Assembly (NCBI GenBank): GCA_965216465.1 | Contig: CBDCFW010000003.1 | Location: 192,001-256,000, forward strand | From: Bacteroidia bacterium | Lineage (GTDB): Bacteria; Bacteroidota; Bacteroidia; NS11-12g; UBA9320 | Direction of reading: 5' to 3' | DNA length: 64,000 bases | Shown here: positions 50,740-58,865 of the stretch, piece after piece | How the letters are laid out: each line of letters opens with the position of its first letter | Position numbering within the stretch: the stretch's first letter is position 1 | Position numbers and translations under genes: made by a program | Notes under the pieces: generated by a model | Database searches by the model: none | What the model was told of the DNA's origin: nothing | Seen by the model: the letters and a program-made list of their open reading frames with translations, nothing else

Positions 50740-51020
50740 TGTTAGAAATTAGAACCAACTGCGAGAATTGCAACAAGCCACTGCCAAACGAAAGTACCGA
50801 GGCTATGATTTGCACATATGAATGTACATTTTGTGTAACCTGTGTTGATGAGGTTCTGCATAATGTTTGTCCAAACTGTGGTGGAGGATTTGAGAAAAGA
50901 CCGATACGGCCAAGTGCAGAAATAGTAAAGAATCCTGCTTCTCAAAAACACATATTAAAGCCTGTACAACACAACAAGTATTTAGTTCGGTTTAGAGGAG
51001 TGTCTCCAAAAGATAGGTAA
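50739..51020 (+). CDS. DUF1272 family Cys-rich protein
   Basis: MLE.R.NCE.C...ICTYECTFC..C......CPNCGG...RP.RP. Confidence 0.88.
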   Translation: MLEIRTNCENCNKPLPNESTEAMICTYECTFCVTCVDEVLHNVCPNCGGGFEKRPIRPSAEIVKNPASQKHILKPVQHNKYLVRFRGVSPKDR

Positions 51021-51062
51021 ATTTAGCGTTTAATTTACACCAACTCGCCACTTTGTTAATGA

Positions 51063-51506
51063 CTACCTGCTAAACTCCCAACGCGTTCTTACGTCTTTGT
51101 CATCCGTAAAACGTAGCGTTGAGCGGTTGATTCGATCAATGTAATTCACCATTGAAATGTCAGAACCTCTATAGATACAGATTTCTAATCGGTTTCGAAC
51201 TGTGGTTGTAGCATCGTCTCCAAAACCAGTGGTTTCTTGAACATAGCGATTGTCCCATTCACCGTCGAAGGGTTGTGGATCATTAGAGTAAAATAACTCT
51301 AAAGTGTTGTCATCATAAAAAACAATTTTTTCAATGTCGTATTCATTGGATGCATCATCGAATCCGAACCATCGGTTAGCATGTTCTGCACTTTCGAATT
51401 GCCATTCGCCAACAAGTTTGTCTTTAAATCGCTCGTCTCGATCGCAAGAAGAAAATAAAAAAAGTGAAGCCAGAAGTATAAAAGTGTAGTGTGAAATTGA
51501 TCTCAT
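51063..51506 (-). CDS. Lipocalin-like lipoprotein
   Basis: Lipobox FSSC from ATG 51506; LVGEW...F.DD.T...GEW pattern. Confidence 0.65.
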   Translation of the reverse strand: MRSISHYTFILLASLFLFSSCDRDERFKDKLVGEWQFESAEHANRWFGFDDASNEYDIEKIVFYDDNTLELFYSNDPQPFDGEWDNRYVQETTGFGDDATTTVRNRLEICIYRGSDISMVNYIDRINRSTLRFTDDKDVRTRWEFSR

Positions 51507-51629
51507 GACTTTATAAACACAAAAATCATTCCGTGGATATAACTTATTGATAGTCAATGATCAGTAAGCTGCAAAGCGATCAAATAATAATACCGCTAAA
51601 TAGGTTTTATTGAACAGTAAAAGAGAAAG

Positions 51630-51703
51630 TGCACCCGGGAGGATTCGAACCCCCAACCCCCAGAGCCGAAATCTGGTATTCTATCCAGTTGAACTACGGG
51701 TGC
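51630..51703 (-). tRNA. tRNA-Arg(UCG)
   Basis: Reverse complement GCACCCG...CCAGA-TTTCGGC-TCTGG...GGTTCGAATCC...CGGGTGC-A. Confidence 0.96.
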
Positions 51704-51777
51704 CGGTGGGCACAAATATAAAATGCAAATCCACACTTTCTTTTCATTTCTTTACAATTCATTCTATATTTACACCT

Positions 51778-53436
51778 ATGTCTGAAAATTTTGCTTGGTT
51801 AAATAGCTACCCCTCACATGTCCCTAAAACGGTAGATCCTTTAAAATACGAATCTATTGTTTCAGTTTTTGACAATGCCATAAAGAAATACGGTGATTTA
51901 GTTGCGTTCCAAAACATGGATGTTACCTTGACATTCAATGAGTTAAATGACTTAGTAAACGCTTTTGCTTGGTATCTACAAAACAAAACGAACCTGAAAA
52001 AAGGAGATAGGGTTGCCATTCAGATGCCAAACTTGTTGCAGTTTCCTGTAGCTATGTTTGGTGTGCTAAAGGCGGGTATGGTAGCGGTAAACACAAACCC
52101 TTTATACACCCCTGCCGAGATGCTTCACCAATACAAAGATTCTGGTGCGAAAGCCATTGTTATTCTTGAAAATTTTGGTAGCAACTACCAAGAAATTGAA
52201 AGCCAATTAGATATAGACGAAGTTATTGTTACACGAATAGGTGATCTTCTTGGTGGATTGAAAGGAAGCATTGTTAACCTTGTAGTGAAACATGTTAAAA
52301 AAATGGTTCCTCCATTTAAGCTTTCAAAAAGCACGAGTTTCAAAGAGGCCTTGGCAGCAGGAAAAGGAAAATCTCCAGAACCAATTGTAGTTGGCCACGA
52401 TGATATTGCATTCTTGCAATACACAGGAGGTACTACAGGATTATCGAAAGGAGCAATCCTAACACACGGAAATATTTGCGGAAATTTATCGCAAATTGAC
52501 GCTTGGTTGACAGGCTTGTTTACAGATGGTAAAGAAGTGGTAATCACAGCTTTACCTCTATATCACATCTTCGCATTAACAGCAAATTGCCTTACCTTCT
52601 TTAATTATGGAGCACGTAATGTTTTAATAACAAATCCGCGTGATATGAAGTCTTTCTTGAAAGATATGAAGAAGAACCCATTTTCATTAATAACAGGTGT
52701 AAATACCTTGTTTAATGGGATGCTGAATCAGCCTACTTTCAAAGACATCGACTTCTCGAAACTTAAGGTTTCTTTGGGTGGAGGTATGGCGGTACAAGAC
52801 TCTGTAGCTTTGAAATGGCAGGAGGTAACAAATTCTCCTTTACTTGAAGCTTATGGATTATCGGAGACGTCGCCTGCAGCAACCATAAATCCATGTGATG
52901 GCTCGCATAGAATGGGAACTATTGGACTTCCAATTCCGAATACTGATGTTAGAATTTTGGATGATGACAAGAATGAAGTACCAGTAGGAGAAAGAGGAGA
53001 AATTGCAATCAAAGGCCCTCAAGTTATGCCGGGCTATTGGGAAAAACCTGAAGCAACCGCCGAAGTATTGCACAACGGTTATTTCTTAACTGGCGATATT
53101 GGTATAATGAATGAAGACGGCTTCTTTAAAATTGTGGATAGGAAAAAAGAAATGGTCTGTGTATCAGGATTTAACGTTTATCCAAGTGAGGTAGAAGCGG
53201 TGATTTCTGACCATCCTAAAGTATTGGAAGTGGGAGTTAGAAGTGAGCCTGATGCTAAAACAACAGAAGCAGTTATGGCATTTGTTGTACGAAAAGATGA
53301 TAGCCTTACTGAGGATGAAGTTCGCGATTTCTGTCGCGAAAAATTAACCGCCTATAAGGTGCCAAAGATTGTAGTCTTCAGAGATGAATTGCCGAAGTCG
53401 AACGTTGGTAAGATCTTAAGAAGAAAGCTTGAGTAA
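51778..53436 (+). CDS. fadD: Long-chain fatty acid-CoA ligase
   Basis: YTGGTTGLSKG, AYGLSE, TGD and LPKSNVGK motifs; start ATG 51778, because the track start runs through the tRNA. Confidence 0.92.
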   Translation: MSENFAWLNSYPSHVPKTVDPLKYESIVSVFDNAIKKYGDLVAFQNMDVTLTFNELNDLVNAFAWYLQNKTNLKKGDRVAIQMPNLLQFPVAMFGVLKAGMVAVNTNPLYTPAEMLHQYKDSGAKAIVILENFGSNYQEIESQLDIDEVIVTRIGDLLGGLKGSIVNLVVKHVKKMVPPFKLSKSTSFKEALAAGKGKSPEPIVVGHDDIAFLQYTGGTTGLSKGAILTHGNICGNLSQIDAWLTGLFTDGKEVVITALPLYHIFALTANCLTFFNYGARNVLITNPRDMKSFLKDMKKNPFSLITGVNTLFNGMLNQPTFKDIDFSKLKVSLGGGMAVQDSVALKWQEVTNSPLLEAYGLSETSPAATINPCDGSHRMGTIGLPIPNTDVRILDDDKNEVPVGERGEIAIKGPQVMPGYWEKPEATAEVLHNGYFLTGDIGIMNEDGFFKIVDRKKEMVCVSGFNVYPSEVEAVISDHPKVLEVGVRSEPDAKTTEAVMAFVVRKDDSLTEDEVRDFCREKLTAYKVPKIVVFRDELPKSNVGKILRRKLE

Positions 53437-54426
53437 AGCATCAATCGATTCTTGAACTTCTTCTACCTGAATTGAAAATATGGTAGAATTTTCTAAGGTT
53501 TGCTGTTTATGTCCGCGTGCTAAGAAATAGTGATGAATCTTAACATTATCGCCTTTAGGATAGAATACATCTTTTACTCCGGGGCCAAACAAGGCGATTA
53601 CCGGTATTCCTTGTGCTGATGCAATGTGCAATGGACCGCTTTCATTTCCTAAAAATAAAGCTGCTCGCTCGCATAATGCTGTGAATTCCAGCAAGTTAAA
53701 ACTTCCAGCTACATTTATATTACGCTTGCTTTTTACATACGATAAACATTCATCATTAAGCGATTTATCGTCTGGACCTCCAGCTAATAAACATGCCATA
53801 CCATGAACTTCATTGATGTAATTGATGCATTTTGCAAAGCGTTCAGTTGGCCATCTTCTAGCGGCATCTCGTGCCCCTAAATGAAGCACCACAAATGGCT
53901 TAATATTTTCTTCTTCGATGAATTTATCGACCGTGTCATATTCTTGGGGAGAAAGGCTGATCTTATTGTTTAAACTTCCTGCATGCGAAAGAAGTGGAGC
54001 TATAACTTCTAGATTGGTGTCGAGCTCATTTTTTTGACCTCCAAAGAATTTATTTTTAAAGCGAATGGATCCACGATCTACCTTATACTTAGGCCTGTTC
54101 TTTAGGCTATAATTTAACGTTTGCTCATCACCCCGTAATTCAACAATTAAATCGTATTGCTCTTTTAAGTCATTAAACTCAGTAAAGCAATTCACATAGT
54201 CTAAATGCTTAAAAAACACCGTGTTAAATGGTTTGCAGTAGAGGTCAAATTTGGCATTGGGAAACTGTTCTTTGAGGTTATAAAACACGTGCATTGCTGT
54301 AATCATGTCACCAATTTCATCACGTTTTACAACCAAAATACTTGCAAATGGATACGACTTGTTTCCAAGTAAGTTGATGAACTTAGTAGTAATCCACGAT
54401 TTAAAATATAACAGTTTCTCGCTCAC
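53416..54426 (-). CDS. Glycosyltransferase family 9 (heptosyltransferase-like)
   Basis: IGD, RRWP..F and GNESGPLHIA...ALFGP motifs. Confidence 0.88.
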   Translation of the reverse strand: MSEKLLYFKSWITTKFINLLGNKSYPFASILVVKRDEIGDMITAMHVFYNLKEQFPNAKFDLYCKPFNTVFFKHLDYVNCFTEFNDLKEQYDLIVELRGDEQTLNYSLKNRPKYKVDRGSIRFKNKFFGGQKNELDTNLEVIAPLLSHAGSLNNKISLSPQEYDTVDKFIEEENIKPFVVLHLGARDAARRWPTERFAKCINYINEVHGMACLLAGGPDDKSLNDECLSYVKSKRNINVAGSFNLLEFTALCERAALFLGNESGPLHIASAQGIPVIALFGPGVKDVFYPKGDNVKIHHYFLARGHKQQTLENSTIFSIQVEEVQESIDALLKLSS

Positions 54427-55176
54427 TTATTCTTTTACTAATGGGTAAAGTGTTGGTCTGCTTGGTGCCGCATCAGATTGAAAAGGTGCAATGTTAAGCT
54501 TTAGTAAATAGAGCCCGTCGGAAGCGGAATCATCAACGTAGGCAAACTCCGTAATAGAAGCATCTTTTCTGGGGTTTTCAGGATATTGCCAGAAAATATG
54601 ATGCGCAGCTAGTGCCCCGTCGTCCCATTCAGGGTCAACAGAAGGTAAATCTAGAATGAGGTGTTTTATTCCAGCTGTAACAATGGCTTGCATATCCTCC
54701 AAGCTAATAAAGGGAGTGTTTTCGCCAGAATAGTCTTTAGATCGTTTTGAATTTGCGTTTGGAAGCGTTCGAATCACTAAGGCGTCAACTGCTTCAAGGT
54801 CTTCAAAATTCAGATTACTAAAATCAACTATCTGTTGGCCTGATGTTGTCTGTTTTGCAGAGAAACTAAGCACCAAAGCGACATAGTGTTTATCTTTAAT
54901 GCAGTCGTTCACATGAAAAACTTCTTTTGAAATATGACCCAAACACTCAGAGTGAGTGCCATTTCCATGCGGAGTGAAGGTGATAGTCTCTAAATTACAT
55001 CCCGAACCTTGAGCAATAGAACCAATAAATCCTTGATCCTCATAAACTTTATATTGTGCGTTGGCAATACTAAAACAACTTACACCCTCGTTTCGTTGAA
55101 TAGGTATACCGATTTCAATGGCAGCGTTTAAATCTGCCGTATAATTGCTTTCTTTGTGTTTTACATGCACAATCAT
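54427..55176 (-). CDS. Cyclase family (kynurenine formamidase-like) metal hydrolase
   Basis: PHGNGTHSEC.GH, DLPSVD and DAAPSRP motifs. Confidence 0.85.
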   Translation of the reverse strand: MIVHVKHKESNYTADLNAAIEIGIPIQRNEGVSCFSIANAQYKVYEDQGFIGSIAQGSGCNLETITFTPHGNGTHSECLGHISKEVFHVNDCIKDKHYVALVLSFSAKQTTSGQQIVDFSNLNFEDLEAVDALVIRTLPNANSKRSKDYSGENTPFISLEDMQAIVTAGIKHLILDLPSVDPEWDDGALAAHHIFWQYPENPRKDASITEFAYVDDSASDGLYLLKLNIAPFQSDAAPSRPTLYPLVKE

Positions 55177-55258
55177 TGCGGCAAAAATACTTTTTTGGGG
55201 CTTTTATGACTGACTTAAGTAATTTCGAACGAATAAAAATTGATTATCATTAGATAAC

Positions 55259-56425
55259 TTGAAAAGAAATAGCTACGAAATAAAACGGTTGGTCAAGGGT
55301 GTATTGCTTTTTTCGGCATTCCTCATTGGCTTTTTCTCACTGTGGTACACAAACAACTTAGTTGACAAACTAAAAGAGCAAGAGCGAGATAAAATTGAGA
55401 CTTGGGCAAACGCAACACGACTTATAGCTTCTACCAATTATGAAGGAGACTACGGTTTTCTTTTCCAAATAATTGAAGCAAATACAACAATTCCAGTAAT
55501 TCAGACTGATGCTGATGGCCACATTGTGAATACCAGAAACCTTGATTCAGCATTTAAAGACGATATGGCCTATCTCTTGAACAAGGTTGAAGAAATGAAG
55601 GAGCAGAACGAAGTAATTGAAATTGAATATCTGGAAGGCCAGAAGCTGTTTATATACTACGAAAATTCAACATTGTTAAATCAACTCAGGATTTATCCTT
55701 ACTTCCAGATTGCCGTTATCGGGCTCTTTTTGTTTGTGAGCTACTTTGCATTTAGTTACAGCAGAACATCCGAACAAAATAAGGTGTGGGCCGGTATGAG
55801 TAAAGAAACGGCTCATCAGCTGGGAACACCCATATCTTCGCTGATGGGGTGGATGGACTATATCAAATCGAGCGATACCAACTTATCACCTAAGGTAATT
55901 GATGAAATGGATCATGACATGAAACGCTTGGGGTTAATCACTGAACGGTTCTCAAAAATTGGATCAGAACCGATACTTGAACCCTGCAATTTGTTTGATG
56001 TGTTGAACGAAAGTGTAAGCTACATAAACTCTCGAACCTCAGATCAAGTTGAGATTTCTATTAAAAACACAGACCTGTTTCAAGGGATTAAGGTTCACGT
56101 TAATGTTCCGCTTTTTGCCTGGGTAATTGAAAATCTGTGTAAAAATGCGGTGGATGCGATGGATGGAAAAGGTAGCATCACCTTTGAGCTGGCAGAAAAC
56201 GGCAGCAAGGTGATTTTTGATGTTGTAGATACAGGAAAAGGAATTCCAACCAATAAGTACAAAACCATTTTCAAACCTGGGTATACGACTAAGAAAAGAG
56301 GATGGGGGCTTGGACTTTCGTTGGTGAAGCGAATTATCGAGAACTATCACAAAGGAAAAATTTACGTAAAGTCATCAGAATTGAACAAAGGAACACGGTT
56401 TAGGATTGAACTGAAATCGTATTAA
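55259..56425 (+). CDS. Membrane sensor histidine kinase (PorY-like)
   Basis: Two TMs, H-box ETAHQLGTP, N-box NLCKNA, DTGKG, GWGLGL; PorY-likeness is from recollection only. Confidence 0.85.
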   Translation: MKRNSYEIKRLVKGVLLFSAFLIGFFSLWYTNNLVDKLKEQERDKIETWANATRLIASTNYEGDYGFLFQIIEANTTIPVIQTDADGHIVNTRNLDSAFKDDMAYLLNKVEEMKEQNEVIEIEYLEGQKLFIYYENSTLLNQLRIYPYFQIAVIGLFLFVSYFAFSYSRTSEQNKVWAGMSKETAHQLGTPISSLMGWMDYIKSSDTNLSPKVIDEMDHDMKRLGLITERFSKIGSEPILEPCNLFDVLNESVSYINSRTSDQVEISIKNTDLFQGIKVHVNVPLFAWVIENLCKNAVDAMDGKGSITFELAENGSKVIFDVVDTGKGIPTNKYKTIFKPGYTTKKRGWGLGLSLVKRIIENYHKGKIYVKSSELNKGTRFRIELKSY

Positions 56426-56506
56426 ATGTTTATATCTCTATTGAAAATGATTATATGTAAAGTTGACCATTAGCTTTAACTTTGTACCTACATTTAATTT
56501 AAAATT

Positions 56507-56827
56507 ATGGCATTAGAATTTTCAGACTCAAATTTCGAAGCAGAAGTATTGAACAGTGACACCCCAGTATTAGTTGATTTCTGGGCAGAGTGGTGTGGAC
56601 CATGTAGAATGATTGGACCGATTGTAGAAGAGCTATCAACAGAATACGATGGTAAAGTGAAAATCGGAAAAATGAATGTAGACCATAATCCAAATGTACC
56701 AATGAAGTACGGTATTAGAAGCATCCCTACTTTGTTAGTGTTTAAAGGTGGTGAGCCGGTTGATAAAATCGTTGGTGCAGTACCAAAATCAAACTTGGTA
56801 AGCAAGTTAGAAGCACAATTAGCGTAA
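56507..56827 (+). CDS. trxA: Thioredoxin
   Basis: WCGPC active site, SIPT. Confidence 0.97.
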   Translation: MALEFSDSNFEAEVLNSDTPVLVDFWAEWCGPCRMIGPIVEELSTEYDGKVKIGKMNVDHNPNVPMKYGIRSIPTLLVFKGGEPVDKIVGAVPKSNLVSKLEAQLA

Positions 56828-56850
56828 GTAAAATACTATTTGTAATATTG

Positions 56851-56886
56851 AGCGGTAATTCTCGTTAGAGGGTTACCGCTTTTTTT
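56851..56886 (+). terminator. Intrinsic terminator after trxA
   Basis: AGCGGTAATTCTC-gtta-GAGGGTTACCGCT-TTTTTT. Confidence 0.85.
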
Positions 56887-57798
56887 GTGAAGATCAAAAA
56901 GGAAGACATATTAAACACAGGAAACCTGGAGTTGCTTGCCAAAAAAGCGGTTGAAGGTTTCATTACAGGCTATCACAAAAGTCCGTTTCATGGTTTTTCT
57001 GTTGAATTTGCAGAGCATAGGCAATACAACAATGGAGAGTCTACCAAAAACATTGATTGGAAACTCTATGGAAGATCAGATAAGCTTTTTGTAAAGCGAT
57101 ATGAGGAAGAAACTAACCTTCGTTGTCAAATAATAATTGACACTTCATCTTCAATGCAGATAGAGCAGAAAGAGAGCTTAAGCAAATTGCAATTTTCCAT
57201 TTGGACTGCTGCGGTTTTTCTGCAAATGCTGAAGAAGCAACGAGACGCATCTGGACTTTGTTTTTTTGAAGAAGAAATTCAAGAGTATACCAAAATAGCC
57301 TCATCTTCAAGGCATTATAAGGAGTTGATTTTTAAGCTGGAGCCTTATTTGTCGTATCAAAGTCGCAATAAAAAAACCAATATAGCCTCGGTACTTCATA
57401 GCATCGCTAATCAGCTTCATAAACGTAGCTTGGTTGTGCTTTTTACAGACTTCTTTGAGCAGAATAGAGATGTTGAGCACCTTTTCGATGCTATTAAGCA
57501 TCTCAAATACAACAACCACGAAGTAATTGTATTTCACACCGTTCATAAACCTAGCGAGGTGGATTTTGATTTTCCCTCGGTTCCAGTTTCTTTCGAAGAT
57601 GCAGAATCTGGAGAGATTATTAAAGTTCAGCCCTCAGAGATTAAAGCCGATTATAAGCAGGCTATAGCTGACTACAATCAAGATATTAAGCTCAAAATGA
57701 GCCAGTATAAAGTCGATTTTGTAGTAGCTGATACGGCAGACAGCGTAGCTCACGCAATCATCCCATTTTTGGTTAAACGCAAGAAAATGAGCACTTAA
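56887..57798 (+). CDS. DUF58 domain protein (MoxR-associated, VWA-like)
   Basis: G.HKSPFHGFSVEFAEHRQY, IDWK and DTSSSM motifs. Confidence 0.9.
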   Translation: MKIKKEDILNTGNLELLAKKAVEGFITGYHKSPFHGFSVEFAEHRQYNNGESTKNIDWKLYGRSDKLFVKRYEEETNLRCQIIIDTSSSMQIEQKESLSKLQFSIWTAAVFLQMLKKQRDASGLCFFEEEIQEYTKIASSSRHYKELIFKLEPYLSYQSRNKKTNIASVLHSIANQLHKRSLVVLFTDFFEQNRDVEHLFDAIKHLKYNNHEVIVFHTVHKPSEVDFDFPSVPVSFEDAESGEIIKVQPSEIKADYKQAIADYNQDIKLKMSQYKVDFVVADTADSVAHAIIPFLVKRKKMST

Positions 57799-58826
57799 GC
57801 CTCAATCTTTGCATTCATGATCTTAAAGAAGAGTGGGGGGATTAGTGCAAGAATTATTGAACCAGGATAACCTGTTGGAAGGTCTCTTGCTTTTGGCATG
57901 CTTTCAAGTTCGTAATACTCACGGCTAGCATTCTCATGGTGATGCGAGTGTCTTGAAAGTTCAAAGAGTAAAAAACGTCCTAGAACGTGATCTGAATTCC
58001 ACGAGTGACTGGCATTAACCCGTTCAAATACATCTGGATGAATCTCTTTTCTAAATAAACCATAGTGCTCAACATAATTAATTGACTCGAGCAACAAAAA
58101 GCCAATTATTGCTGCGAATACGAAGAATACAAGGGCGTTAACTCCGATAAAAAGGTAGATGGCAAGAAGTGTTATTGCTTCCAAAAGCAGAAACCTAACA
58201 AATAGATTGTTAGGAGATAACCAGTGCTTATTGAGCTTGTTTAGGCGTTGTTTTTCAAGATTAAATGCCGAAGCAACACTTTGAACTACACAACGAATCC
58301 AAAATACATAAATCGCTTCATTTTTACGCGCTGTGGCGGCGTCGGCAAATGTTCCCACACGCTTGTGGTGGCCACGGTTATGCTCGATAAAGAAATGCTG
58401 GTACAAGCTGGTGAGCAGGAGGGCCTGAGCTACCAAGTGATATCCTTTCTGTTTTCGGTGTCCCAACTCATGGGCAACATTTATACCGTAAACCCCGCAA
58501 AGCAGCCCTAAAGTTGCAAGTGCACCAATCCACTCAGAGGTAGAGTAATCTCCAGCTTGAATAAAAAGTAAATACTTGATTAAAATGTAGATGTGAAACG
58601 GAGCAATTAAGACAATAGTTATGTTGTTTAATAATGGGTTTTTTACTTGGAAAAAGTCCTTGTTGGGTTTGAGAAATAGTTCCAAAATGGGAATAATTCC
58701 AAAAGCGGAAATAGGGGCGAAATAGAAGCTAAGGCCTTTGAATTCAAGGGCTAACAGTGCTAAAAAGCCAAAGATGTAGCTGGCTAAATAGAAATAAAAT
58801 GAGGTCGTTACTTGTATTTTCTTCAA
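57795..58826 (-). CDS. alkB: Alkane 1-monooxygenase family membrane di-iron enzyme
   Basis: HELGH, EHNRGHH, NYVEHYG and LSRHSHHH histidine boxes. Confidence 0.88.
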   Translation of the reverse strand: MKKIQVTTSFYFYLASYIFGFLALLALEFKGLSFYFAPISAFGIIPILELFLKPNKDFFQVKNPLLNNITIVLIAPFHIYILIKYLLFIQAGDYSTSEWIGALATLGLLCGVYGINVAHELGHRKQKGYHLVAQALLLTSLYQHFFIEHNRGHHKRVGTFADAATARKNEAIYVFWIRCVVQSVASAFNLEKQRLNKLNKHWLSPNNLFVRFLLLEAITLLAIYLFIGVNALVFFVFAAIIGFLLLESINYVEHYGLFRKEIHPDVFERVNASHSWNSDHVLGRFLLFELSRHSHHHENASREYYELESMPKARDLPTGYPGSIILALIPPLFFKIMNAKIEA

Positions 58827-58865
58827 TTTTTGCGTTAATTTTGTAATATAAACTACTACTACTTA

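Noticed and set aside
30576-51629. Integron cassette array or prophage
   Set aside because: Mixed gene orientation, no recurring attC-like element seen in the intergenic gaps, and no integrase or phage structural genes
51630-51703. tRNA-Arg(UCG) as evidence of recoding
   Set aside because: Normal cloverleaf, and the long ORFs translate cleanly with the standard bacterial code
51610-51777. N-terminal extension of fadD in the ORF track
   Set aside because: It is the antisense reading of tRNA-Arg; ATG 51778 fits the FadD start
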